DNA from: Ignavibacteriota bacterium
Lineage (GTDB): Bacteria; Bacteroidota; Ignavibacteria; UBA10030
Direction of reading: 5' to 3'
Length of the DNA: 64,000 bases
NCBI GenBank assembly: GCA_963727825.1
Contig: CAVSHO010000011.1
Coordinates: 128,001 to 192,000, forward strand
The position numbers and the translations under genes are program-made. Shown here piece after piece: positions 1-9,791 of the stretch. The notes under the pieces were generated by a model that had not been told where the DNA came from, did no database searches, and saw nothing but the letters and a program-made list of their open reading frames with translations. Positions within the stretch are counted from its first letter, which is position 1; every line of letters starts with the position of its first letter.

Positions 1-438
1 GGCTGAGGCAGTAATCATTTTATCCGATACACTGATATCATCGTAGGTGCTCAGAGCTTTGTCATAATTTTTTAACGCGAAGTAGGAATTTGCTAAATAC
101 AACTTCGCAATTTCACCTGCTTGTGTACTGCCATGCTCATCCACGATGGCTTGCAATCCTTGAGTGCCTTCTTGAGGAACGCCATTGACAGCAAGATCAT
201 ATCTTCCTTCATCGTAGTATTGCGTTACCTTGGCGAGCATAGCCGTTGCCTTTTCATTTGAATCAGCTCGACTTTTACTCCAGAGAAAACCGACAACTAC
301 AAGCCCTACAAGCCCGATTCCAACATAAGAAAGAATCTTTGTGTTTTCATCTATCCATTTACGCACTTCGAAGTATTTCGTTACAAGCTTATCTTCTTTG
401 ATTTCTCTTTTGGAAATTTTTTTCTGTGGTTTAAGCAT
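1..438 (-). CDS. Membrane-anchored TPR protein (YfgM/TPR_21-like), runs off the window start
   Basis: Own translation: MLKPQKKISKREIKEDKLVT..., one TM segment, then TPR-like AKLYLANSYFALKNYDKA. Confidence 0.7.
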   Translation of the reverse strand, partial: MLKPQKKISKREIKEDKLVTKYFEVRKWIDENTKILSYVGIGLVGLVVVGFLWSKSRADSNEKATAMLAKVTQYYDEGRYDLAVNGVPQEGTQGLQAIVDEHGSTQAGEIAKLYLANSYFALKNYDKALSTYDDISVSDKMITASA

Positions 439-476
439 GTCAATTCCTAAATCAGTTAATAAATTAATTATTTCTG

Positions 477-550
477 TGCGCCCGAGGCGATTCGAACGCC
501 TGGCCTACAGCTCCGGAGGCTGTCGCTCTATCCAGCTGAGCTACGGGCGC
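477..550 (-). tRNA. tRNA-Arg(CCG), intact
   Basis: Cloverleaf GCGCCCG...CGGGCGC-A, anticodon arm ACAGC-CT CCG GA-GCTGT, GTTCGAAT T-loop. Confidence 0.95.
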
Positions 551-768
551 AAGTTAAAATCCGTTATTTTCTACATTCGCCTTGTTCGAGTTGAGTGAAG
601 TTTCGTTTTTATTTCACTCTGCAAGTGCTTAAAAAAGTACTCAATCTGCCACGAATAAAAAACGCCGAGCGAAACGAGGCTTCCGGTCTCAAAACACTTG
701 GCGTTCTACTCTTTCGAGTAAATTTCTTTTTGTTATCTTCGGAAGCATGTTTCTTTAAGTTCGATATT

Positions 769-797
769 AATATACGAAAAGAGGGAGGAGAATACAA
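769..797 (-). promoter_or_regulatory. Element-supplied sigma70-like promoter for tRNA-Arg(CCG)
   Basis: TTGTAT-17bp-TATATT upstream of the leader conserved with island 2. Confidence 0.55.
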
Positions 798-997
798 GAG
801 GGTCTAATTGAGGCAATTGGACTCAGATAATTTCAAAAACTTACCTTTTTGTAACAATTCCTGATTAGAAAATTTCTTAAAACTTAGTTTTCCTCTTTTG
901 TTTTCAATACTTTTTCAATTTTGTTGCTGCTCAAAATATTTTTTTGTTTTAGCTGTCAAACGCTATTATATGGCTCCCTTTTAGATACTTCTCTGCT

Positions 998-1260
998 GTT
1001 TTCGTACTGTTTTTTGTGATTTTTCGTACTTTTTTTTCACTTTTTCGTACTTTTTTTTCAATGATAATCCATACTCTTTGTTCTCCATTCCTTATTAGGA
1101 ACTTTGACATTGACATTGCCTAAGGGAAAACGTGTCTAAGTCAAAGTGGTTAAGGAAAAAAGAGAGAGATAGACAAGAATTGTGTACCTATCTACTATCT
1201 TACTTTGACATTGACATCTTTCTGTATAGGGATTGTCAAAGTGTCGAAGTGTCAAAGTGA
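998..1260. repeat. Short iteron-like repeats, putative origin of island 1
   Basis: TTTTCGTACT x3; TTTGACATTGACAT x2 facing TGTCAAAG/TGTCGAAG x3, next to the helicase 3' end. Confidence 0.45.
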
Positions 1261-2596
1261 GTAATAGCCATTTTTCGTTTTTTTCAATATTCCAGTATCG
1301 TTAGCTTTCTTTAACAATCGGTCAATTGTGCGTTCATTTGTACTCTAATGGCTTGCATCGCTCCTGAATTTCCTTTCGTGAAAGCTCAGTTGCATCACCA
1401 AAGATGCTCTTAAAATCAATGCTTTCTTGTGCTGTCTGTGTTTCCATTGCAATATGTTCTCCTTCGTCTGTTTCACCTTCATCCTTGAACCACAGATTTT
1501 CTGGGTCAAGCGAAAGCAATCTACACTTTCTCATATCATCCGATATATGTCTTCCTTTTAGAGGTTTGATAATCCTTTTTCCCTCATTGGATGACGAACG
1601 TCTGATTTGTAATGTAGTGTCTGCGCTACCACCAAAAACATTGGAGCCTCTCATCTGGTCATTGTGCATACGTTGATATTGTGAACCTTTCTTGGTGTGA
1701 TGAACAATCAACACAGCAAGCCCGTATCTATCCCGTAGAGTCATGAATTGCCTCATCAATGCTTTCATCTGGGAACTGTCATTCTCATTTTTGTTGTCAT
1801 AGGTAAAGTAGAGGCAATCTACCACAATCAAGCAGGGTTTTTCTTGTTGGCAGGTCTCATTCAAGGTCTCCCAGCAATTATCAAGTGCAGGTACTTCTTT
1901 AGGAATAATTATGTTTGAAATATCGCCAAGAGCTGGGAGTCTATCGACCATCTTTTGCAATCTCCGTGCAAAATCAGGGAAAGACAACTCATTATTTAAA
2001 AACAATACTTTGCCATGCTTTTCAATATCGTATGAAAGCCATTGCTTAGCACCTACCGCAATAGAGAGAGCAAGATTCATTGCAAGCAAGCTTTTTCCAC
2101 AACCTTCTTCACCCATCAAGAAATTTACTGACATGTCAGAAATAAGATTTTTAATAAGGAACGATTCTTTTGGTATTTCCATCATGGCAATATCCAGAGC
2201 AGTAAAATTCTCGAATTGGAAACACTGATTGTCTTTTGAGTAGGAAGAATTCAAGAGAGTCGTATTTTTTTCTTCTGATTCAATAGCAATCGGCTTATGA
2301 TTCATCAATCTAATAGCCGCCTCCCTGAACCCTCCATTCAAGGGGACAGCGGTATATGTAATATCATTAATCACGCTTGTTTGCTCTGGAAGATGTTCCA
2401 AGCATGCTTTAATGTCTAAAAGTGTGCTTGGTTTCTTCATTTCATCGTTCAAAGATTCAAACAGTTTTCTGTATTCCGGTAATTCAAAAGCATCACTGTT
2501 AAACCCTTCAGGCAATTCTTCAAATGTAGAGGGCATAAGTAGTAAGGTTGCCAAAACCTGCCGTTCTGCCATTTCTCTCCGTTCCATCACACTCAT
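1252..2596 (-). CDS. AAA_25/RepA-type helicase with DnaB-like N-terminus; frameshift near 1338
   Basis: Walker A GEEGCGKS, Walker B LIVVD, IVHHTKK. ORF stops at 1334, but removing one A restores NERTIDRLLKKA...GYYSL to 1252. Confidence 0.75.
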
Positions 2597-3009
2597 TTGT
2601 GTACCTCAAACAAATCACCTTGACTGTGTAGTTGTTTCTCATAGTCCAAAGATTTCTTTTCCCCCCATAGGTCGAATGGAAGAAATACTTGGGTATCACC
2701 TGACTTTTCATATGTGAACACTTTCCCATAATTAAGGAGATACATTTTTGTTGTGAAGAGTTTCTGACCGCAATACTCGACACAAATCCATTTAAAATCG
2801 AAGCGTTGAAGCAATTCAAGATTCACACCAAGAGAATTGGTCTTCCGGTGCAAGTGTTTCTCCTTTCGTTTACAAAGGAATGTTCCTTCTCCAGCTTTGT
2901 CTAACTTGCCAACATAACGAGTCTCGAATGGTAAACGAAGTTCCACCGTCCAAATGCTCGATAATTTTGTTGGACTCAGGAAAATATTTTGTATATTGAA
3001 TTGTAGCAT
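2593..3009 (-). CDS. Conserved small island protein (homolog at 32144-32567)
   Basis: ORF overlapping the helicase start; visible similarity to the island 2 protein. Confidence 0.7.
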   Translation of the reverse strand: MLQFNIQNIFLSPTKLSSIWTVELRLPFETRYVGKLDKAGEGTFLCKRKEKHLHRKTNSLGVNLELLQRFDFKWICVEYCGQKLFTTKMYLLNYGKVFTYEKSGDTQVFLPFDLWGEKKSLDYEKQLHSQGDLFEVHK

Positions 3010-3265
3010 AACAAAGTCCTTTCTGGATTTTAACGGGCTGAATCAAGGTCTGAACTTGAACAGCCCGTTTTTGTTACCTCGACGGTAACAAAATAAAAAG
3101 CCAATAATGAGAAGAAGAACCGCCAAGTTCCTTCTCGCTATCGGCTTCAAAAAAGCATTTATTATGTAAGCGGTTCTTTTGCACGCTTACAATTTATATT
3201 AATATAGTTCTATTCTTTAGGAAGAACACTTCCAAAAAAGGGAAGAACGCTTCCCCAATATTCAA

Positions 3266-3877
3266 CTAATCAACAATCGGCTTTGCCTTTCTTTTTTCAT
3301 TTAAGTGTCTTTTGCGATATTGCTTCTCAAAACTATCTCTATTGAAACGATATTTCAGAGCAACTTCATCAAGCGCTGAAGTCTGCTTGTAACTCTTCGT
3401 ACTCACCAAATCATCTACCTCTTCAAAATGCTTAGTTTCAAATTTCAAATTTGCTACTGGTCTATTATGAAGAAGATTTTCCGTCTTTTCTATTCTTTCA
3501 ATAAAGAATTGTCTGAACTGTCTTCCGTCTTCCTCATTCGGAAAGTTTACTATTTCTCCAGCTTTGTTTGCGTGCCGACATTCATCTGCAAGGAATGCAA
3601 CCCCTCTTTCAAAACATTCTTCTGCGACAAAATGCAAATCGTAAATATTCCTAAATACAACGTTTCCATTTTTTTTTATCAAGACTAATGGTTTCGTACT
3701 ATCGACGTTATAAACGTGATAATCGACTTTCAATTTTTTTTTCCATGCTTTTTTTTTATCTAAAGAACGGATAAACCTAATAAGTTCACGACCATGCTCA
3801 TAAAGAATGTCCCAGGTTTTCGCATTAATATCTATTTCTCGAAATTCCTTAATATACTCGTCACTCCATTGTTTCAT
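3266..3877 (-). CDS. Hypothetical protein, possible C-terminal HTH
   Basis: 203-aa ORF with RBS; C-terminal ALDEVALKYRFNRDSFEKQY looks HTH-like. Confidence 0.55.
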   Translation of the reverse strand: MKQWSDEYIKEFREIDINAKTWDILYEHGRELIRFIRSLDKKKAWKKKLKVDYHVYNVDSTKPLVLIKKNGNVVFRNIYDLHFVAEECFERGVAFLADECRHANKAGEIVNFPNEEDGRQFRQFFIERIEKTENLLHNRPVANLKFETKHFEEVDDLVSTKSYKQTSALDEVALKYRFNRDSFEKQYRKRHLNEKRKAKPIVD

Positions 3878-4061
3878 TGCAAATTCCTTTCTTTATTTCC
3901 TTTTACCTTTTTCACCTTATTACAAAAACAGAAAGCCCCAAGCGTCCGGTATAGGCTTCGCCAAAAGCCTTTCTTAACGCTCAGGGCTATCAATCTTCTC
4001 AATGAAGAGAAGTAAATCCTGTATTTTGTGTTGGCGAATTTCTACCGGAGAAAAAAATAAA

Positions 4062-4781
4062 TCAATTTATTTTCTTATAAAGTTTTGAATCAATTACATC
4101 TGCGTTCAACCAACCAAAATCAGTATATTTAGTGGCAGATTCAGAATAATCAGTACGCTTAAAGTATGTATCATATCGGTTCCAATTCTTAATCCATCCA
4201 TGTAATTCTATTTTTGCTTCATTAAATTCGTTAGCACATAGAGTGTTTATAAGAGATAATTCATTCCTTCCGTTATACTTTTTGATTATCATTCTTGCTG
4301 TATCAGGATTCGTAGTAAAGTTATAAAGTTGGAATGCTTGAAGAATTTTTTCTCGTCTATCTTGATTTTCGTAAGATAAGGTTGATTCATTTGAATAATT
4401 GTTCGATAAATAATTATCCATATCAAATAGATAAGATTCATTGTTTAATGCAAATTCCAAAAGATAGTTGAGTCTGCGTATTTCATTCACATAAATTCTC
4501 CTAAGAGAATCTTGTCCATATTTTTCAAAGTAGATTAATTTTTGTTCTAACGAATCAATAAAATATCCTCCACGATGTGCTTCTGTAACCATAAAACGCT
4601 TTTGTGTCAATTGATTCTCATATATATCTCCAACATCAACTTTCTGAAACCATGTGATATTTTCATACAGCCATTGACCACCTTGTATCGCAAGTGAGAT
4701 GCAATATGCGATTGCAACCATACCGAGGAAGGAGAATATTAATATTTTTGCTTCCCTCATGTTCATCTTACTAAATGTCAT
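4062..4781 (-). CDS. Hypothetical membrane-anchored protein
   Basis: 239-aa ORF with an N-terminal hydrophobic helix. Confidence 0.6.
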   Translation of the reverse strand: MTFSKMNMREAKILIFSFLGMVAIAYCISLAIQGGQWLYENITWFQKVDVGDIYENQLTQKRFMVTEAHRGGYFIDSLEQKLIYFEKYGQDSLRRIYVNEIRRLNYLLEFALNNESYLFDMDNYLSNNYSNESTLSYENQDRREKILQAFQLYNFTTNPDTARMIIKKYNGRNELSLINTLCANEFNEAKIELHGWIKNWNRYDTYFKRTDYSESATKYTDFGWLNADVIDSKLYKKIN

Positions 4782-4809
4782 TTTCCCATTTTTGAGACAG
4801 CTTGTATTT

Positions 4810-5163
4810 CTAAAACCATCTGGTCACTAAAACACCGCTTGAATCATAGGTCATAGAGTTAGGCGTTATGCTAACATTAAATATTGTTGAAGAAGTACCA
4901 CCAGATTGTAGCGTGCCAACTTTCCACCCTATCATTGGGGTGGCATTCCATAATATATATATATTTGTAATTGGTATCGAAGCATTGTTTTTTACTAACC
5001 AGATATGTGCGCTTCCATCCAGCTTGGTTACCGTATCTCCTATACATGTAACTGTAATCGAGTAACCTGTTGTTGGCTTTTGCGCGTTAGTCTGCTCTAC
5101 TGGATTGCTCTTTTTACATCCAAGCAATAGTATTAATGGAATTACTAAATATAGGTGTTTCAT
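4810..5163 (-). CDS. Putative lipoprotein
   Basis: Signal peptide ending in lipobox LLLG-C, followed by KK. Confidence 0.7.
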   Translation of the reverse strand: MKHLYLVIPLILLLGCKKSNPVEQTNAQKPTTGYSITVTCIGDTVTKLDGSAHIWLVKNNASIPITNIYILWNATPMIGWKVGTLQSGGTSSTIFNVSITPNSMTYDSSGVLVTRWF

Positions 5164-5325
5164 AATATCTCTTAAAAATTAATGGTTCTGTATGTGGAAT
5201 TATACATATATATCTAAGAAAATCAATTAAACCCTCTTCAAATCACGTCACATTCTTCTATTAAGAAATAGAAAGCCGACCTCTTTGGGTCGCCTTGAAG
5301 CCTTAGCAATATTGCATTTGTCTTA

Positions 5326-6528
5326 CTATCTCAACAAAATCAGTTTTTTCGTTTCTGTAAATGAACAAGCTTGCAGACGATAGAAGTAGATACCACTCGA
5401 CATATTTGCAGCATTCCATTGACGCGAATAACTTCCTGCCGACATTTCTTCTGAGACGATAGTTGCAATTTCTCTTCCCATAATATCAAACACCTTCAAC
5501 GAGACAAAAGATTTTGATGGAAGATTAAATGAAATAGTTGTTGTAGGATTAAACGGGTTTGGATAGTTCTGGTCAAGACTGAAATGTGTCGGTAAGTCGG
5601 TGGAGAACCTCTCTACTGAGGTCATCTCTAACAACGGTCGTCTCCAAACGCCGAATAAATCAGTCCCAGCAAAGAGATTCGTGCCGCTTACGACAAGAGA
5701 CATGACACCATTGTAAGTAAGTCCTTGAGACTCCCAATTCCAGCTTGTGCCGTTATTAGTCGAAAGAAAGACGGCGTCGCCACCACAAGTCCCAGCAAAT
5801 AGATTTGTACCGGAGACAGCAAAAGCAGTGACAGGAAGAAGTTCCAATCTAAAACCGTTATTGACCGCAGTCCAGCTTGTGCCGTTGTTGGAAGAACGAT
5901 ACACACCACCATCGGTTCCTGCAAAGATATACGTGCTGGAGTTGGCAAGAACACGGACAGTCAAATTATTCAAACCAGTATTAACCGCAGTCCAACTCGT
6001 TCCGTTGTTAGTGGAAAGAAAGACGCCACCATTATTAGTCCCTGCAAAGAGATTCGTGCCGCTTACGGCAAGAGCATAGACAGTAGCATTAATTGTTCCG
6101 ACTTTAGTCCAGCTTGTGCCGTTGTTGGTGGAAAGGAAGACACCGCTACCTGCAGCAAAGAAATTTGAACCGGAAACGGCAAAACTCTGAACTCCATAAC
6201 CGTTTGGAATCCCATTGTTCACAGCGTTCCAACTTGTGCCATTGTTAGTGGAAAGAAAGACGCCACCGCCACCAGTCGCAGCAAAGAGTTTCGTGTCAAT
6301 AACGGCAAAAGCAAAAACGTTCGTTAATCCATCATTAATCCAGCTTGTACCGTTGTTGGTGGAAAGAAAGACGCCGTCGCCATAAGTCCCAGCAAATAGA
6401 TTTGTACCGGAGACGGCAAAAGCAGTGACATAAGTATTCGTGGAGACATGAATCCATTGGGAAAACGAAATATTCGGATTGATAAAGATAGCAAGTAGTA
6501 ACCAATAATGTCTTATTGAATTTTTCAT
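5326..6528 (-). CDS. Secreted BNR/Asp-box beta-propeller protein with T9SS type A C-terminal domain
   Basis: Start MKNSIRH; six S[TS]NNGTSW repeats; C-terminal QNYPNPFNP...GIYFYRL...KKLILLR. Confidence 0.88.
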   Translation of the reverse strand: MKNSIRHYWLLLAIFINPNISFSQWIHVSTNTYVTAFAVSGTNLFAGTYGDGVFLSTNNGTSWINDGLTNVFAFAVIDTKLFAATGGGGVFLSTNNGTSWNAVNNGIPNGYGVQSFAVSGSNFFAAGSGVFLSTNNGTSWTKVGTINATVYALAVSGTNLFAGTNNGGVFLSTNNGTSWTAVNTGLNNLTVRVLANSSTYIFAGTDGGVYRSSNNGTSWTAVNNGFRLELLPVTAFAVSGTNLFAGTCGGDAVFLSTNNGTSWNWESQGLTYNGVMSLVVSGTNLFAGTDLFGVWRRPLLEMTSVERFSTDLPTHFSLDQNYPNPFNPTTTISFNLPSKSFVSLKVFDIMGREIATIVSEEMSAGSYSRQWNAANMSSGIYFYRLQACSFTETKKLILLR

Positions 6529-6840
6529 ACGAAAGCTCCTTGCTATTATTGGTAAGAAGGCTGATAGGCATTTGTATTTTACTAAATACCAAAAATACAA
6601 GCAACTACTTTCAAGAGTGTACTTTTACAAAAAAAATATGAGTTATACACTTTCCGTATGAGGTGTATATTTATAGGCTTTACCCCTTGCTTATTAAAAT
6701 CTGGAGAGTTCTTTAACCCCTCCCCCTATTTTTTCAACTATATGCCGTTTAAAACATACCGCCTTTGGGGTTCGACGCTTTTCACTACTCACCCCAGTTA
6801 TTGCCATTATCTTTCCAAATTTGCATTAAGACTGACTTTC

Positions 6841-7927
6841 TCAGTTCATAGATACCGAAATCTTGTTCACCTCAGCATGTAGGCTCTCAGTCTGTAAATG
6901 GCTGTATATCTGAGTTGTTTTTACGTCTGAGTGTCCAAGCAAGTCTTTAATCACATATACAGAAGTACCATCCTGAGCAAGCCACGAAGCAAACGAGTGC
7001 CGGAGTGAATGAAAATGTATATCCTGATTGCTGAGGTTCGCAAGTCTCACATAGCGCTTGAACAAGTGTGTAATCCAATCGGCAAAGATTTGCTTGCCGT
7101 TCATTGTGAACACATAGCCGGAAGCATCTTTACCTTGTTTTGCTTGCAGAATGTAGAGAGCGGTATCGCTCAATGGTATTATTCTCATTCTACCGGCTTT
7201 TGTGCGAAAGGTTGGAGTGCTTTCGATGTATAGCAACTTCCGGCTGAGGTCAATACTATTCCATTTCAGGTTCACTAATTCCCCTCTACGTAGTCCGGTG
7301 CTCACAGCAAAGATAATGATTTCCTTCAACCAGCTTTCTTCAATCACACCTAACAATTTTTGAAATTCAAGTTTCGTGAGGAATGTCGGTTTATTCTCCG
7401 GTACCTTCACCAGTTGAATTTTGAATGGATTGCTTTCGAGTAGCTTCCACCTTACGGCTGTATTGAAGAAAGCCCTCAGCGTTCGGAGTTCGATATTTAC
7501 AGTTACCGGCCTCACAATTTTCTCTATCTCTGTTTTGTGTCCATCTTTAATCATTATTACCACCTTGACAGGCTTTTGTCTCTCTGTTTTGTATGCATCA
7601 AAATGCTGAGGTGTATAATTGGCAAGCGGAAAGTCTCCGATGTATTCTATAAAATTCCGGAGAGATGCCTTGTAGATTGCTACAGTGCCTTTAGAGAAGC
7701 TTCCTTCAGCATAGGCAAGGAAAGGTGCTGAGAAATTCAGATAAGAGCATATGCTTGGCTTTCTGCCTTCGTTCGTATTCATCACTTTTGAAAGTTTGAA
7801 GGAACTTGAGAGCATCGGTTTTGTATTGGCAATGAGTGGAAACCCGTTTCCTTTTCCCTTGTTCATTGAAATAGAAAAGGTAATACGTGCCATTGGAATG
7901 TTTGGAGAGGAACATCGGAAGCCCCAT
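6841..7927 (-). pseudogene. Tyrosine integrase, frameshifted near 7721-7723 (real lesion or assembly error)
   Basis: ORFs 7706-7927 and 6841-7893 together align end to end with the intact paralog at 28610; TGLRRGE, HSLRH, LLGH, TQIY. Confidence 0.85.
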
Positions 7928-8005
7928 TTTCTGAGGCAGAAGGTGCTTAAATAAGTACTTACGAAGAAAAGAAATGCAGAAATTGAAATGCTTTGAAGGA
8001 AATTT

Positions 8006-8060
8006 ACGCCTGGCCTACAGCTCCGGAGGCTGTCGCTCTATCCAGCTGAGCTACGGGCGC
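8006..8060 (-). repeat. att site: 5' 55 nt of tRNA-Arg(CCG)
   Basis: Identical to 496-550; ends at the first T of the T-loop. Confidence 0.93.
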
Positions 8061-8082
8061 AAGAATGCTGGTTCACTAATCT

Positions 8083-8111
8083 AATGTATTGAAGTTTTTA
8101 AAGAGATTCAA
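8083..8111 (-). promoter_or_regulatory. Probable original host tRNA promoter, now reading into the fragment and integrase
   Basis: TTGAAT-17bp-TACATT, 22 bp upstream of the fragment. Confidence 0.55.
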
Positions 8112-8126
8112 ATGATAGGCAAATCC

Positions 8127-8237
8127 TGTAGTGTCTCAATTTAATATTACTGGCGATTGATGTCAGGAGTTTCCTCCTGACATCCAACAGGATCGGTCAG
8201 GACGTAAGTCCTGACCGCACGAAACTGAGACACTACC
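8127..8237. mobile_element. 111-bp MITE with IS1-like ends
   Basis: Ends tGTAGTGTCTCAATTT / AAACTGAGACACTACC; 8-bp TSD GCAAATCC (8119-8126, 8238-8245); two internal hairpins. Confidence 0.75.
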
Positions 8238-8323
8238 GCAAATCCTGTTTGTTGTCTTCGTGGATTCCTATCAGAACAATCTCTGCTATTTTGTTTCCTG
8301 ATACTCTTACAACGCATAAGAGA

Positions 8324-9349
8324 TTATTTGCACATATCCAAAGTATCCTGAGAGACATGATAACCAAGTTCTGTCACTTTCAAGAAGTCTCTTATGGCAT
8401 CACTCTTTTGGTTAACTATCAAGTATGTTCGTCCTCTACCATAGTATGCATCTATATAATCCGGCTTTAGCTCAATTGCATGGGTAAAATCGGTATTGGC
8501 TCCCTGATAATCTTTAAGGTCAGACTTTGCTATCCCTCTGCTGTTGTAGGCCTCTGCGTAATTCGGTTTCAGCTCGATCGCATATGTGAACCCGGCAATT
8601 GCTCCCTGATAGTCGTTAAGCTTATATTTTGTGCGCCCATTATTAAAGTGTGCGTCTAGATAATCCGGTTTCAGCTTGACTGCTTCTGTGTAATCGCTAA
8701 CTGCGCCCTGATAGTCGTTAAGCTGAAACTTTGCGTTCCCCCTATTATTATACGCGTATGCATTATCCGGGCTTAGTGCAATTAATTCCGTGAAATCTGC
8801 AATCGCGCCTTGATAATCTTTAAGTTCAATCTTTGCTTTCCCTTTGTCAAGGTAAGCATGCAAATTCTCTGGGTTCAACTTGATTGTTTCGATGTAGTCA
8901 GCAATAGCTCCTTGATAATCTTTAAGTACGAACTTTGCATGTGCCATATTATAGTAAGCGAATACATCGTCTGGTTTTAAACCGACTGCTTTTACGAAAT
9001 CAGCAATCGCTCCTTGATAATCTTTAAGTACAGATTTTGCATATCCCCTGTTGTCGTAAGCTTCTACATAATCCGGTTTCAGTTTGATTGTCTCGGTGTA
9101 GTCGGCAATTGTTCCTTGATAGTCATTAAGGCTTGCCTTTGCTTGCGCTCTGCCGTAGAAGGCGTCGGCATAATCCGGTTTTAGATTAATCGCCTCGGTG
9201 AAATCGGCAATTGCTCCCTTATAGTCATTAAGTTCATATTTCTTGTTTGCACTCCCAAACCAATCGGTTGCACTATTCTTTGTCTGAGATAAAGATATGG
9301 CTTGGAGACATGAAACCATTAAGACAAAAACAATCATCTGCTTCTTCAT
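8324..9349 (-). CDS. Exported TPR repeat protein
   Basis: Signal peptide; eight 34-aa DYQGAIADF-type repeats plus a capping repeat. Confidence 0.9.
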   Translation of the reverse strand: MKKQMIVFVLMVSCLQAISLSQTKNSATDWFGSANKKYELNDYKGAIADFTEAINLKPDYADAFYGRAQAKASLNDYQGTIADYTETIKLKPDYVEAYDNRGYAKSVLKDYQGAIADFVKAVGLKPDDVFAYYNMAHAKFVLKDYQGAIADYIETIKLNPENLHAYLDKGKAKIELKDYQGAIADFTELIALSPDNAYAYNNRGNAKFQLNDYQGAVSDYTEAVKLKPDYLDAHFNNGRTKYKLNDYQGAIAGFTYAIELKPNYAEAYNSRGIAKSDLKDYQGANTDFTHAIELKPDYIDAYYGRGRTYLIVNQKSDAIRDFLKVTELGYHVSQDTLDMCK

Positions 9350-9531
9350 TTTTATCCTTTCGTTAATTTAATATTTCCTATTGCCACTAAGAAAAGGTGC
9401 CTTTTTCAATTAGTATTCCTTTTCTCTTTGCTTCTTAATTAGAAATGTTAACAATTCATCATATGATTGTCAACATACTTGAAAATTGGGTAGTGGTGTC
9501 TTTTCGATTTTTTTAAAGTTAGGTAAAATTT

Positions 9532-9780
9532 ATGGATAAAAATAAAAAATTAATGTTTCAAATGAGTGTTGCAATGCCCAAGGCTGAAGCTTTGAGTTTT
9601 GGCAGAACTATGCCCAAAGGTGACAAATACTATATTTACAAGACCAAAGAGAACCCAAGGGCAAGGGACGCGTTTCGGCGGGAAAGCTGGGTATTACTTA
9701 GAGATTTACAAAAAGGCGAAATTGTGACGAGTGGGAGCGCGTTATTTGCAGATAAAAGACAATTACGGACGGTGTCTTAA
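9532..9780 (+). CDS. Hypothetical passenger protein
   Basis: 82-aa ATG ORF just inside the left IR. Confidence 0.5.
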   Translation: MDKNKKLMFQMSVAMPKAEALSFGRTMPKGDKYYIYKTKENPRARDAFRRESWVLLRDLQKGEIVTSGSALFADKRQLRTVS

Positions 9781-9791
9781 TTTGAATCATA

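Larger units (their letters stand above)
496..8063 (-). mobile_element. Island 1: ~7.5-kb integrative element at tRNA-Arg(CCG)
   Basis: 58-bp direct repeat (496-553 / 8006-8063) = tRNA 5' 55 nt plus 3 flanking nt; integrase next to the fragment; helicase module inside. Confidence 0.9.

Noticed and set aside
341-807. ORFs of 85, 70 and 62 aa, and similar ORFs at 34197-34445 and 34491-34679
   Set aside because: They overlap tRNAs or the conserved leader. Starts and lengths are not conserved, and the similarity is better explained by RNA or att conservation.
5690-6430. Repeated DNA blocks resembling an array or DGR template
   Set aside because: They are in-frame BNR/Asp-box protein repeats, and there is no reverse transcriptase in the window.
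7725-7893. N-terminus of the 350-aa integrase ORF (MARITF...)
   Set aside because: Wrong frame; the true N-terminus is the 7706-7927 ORF, judged by the intact paralog.
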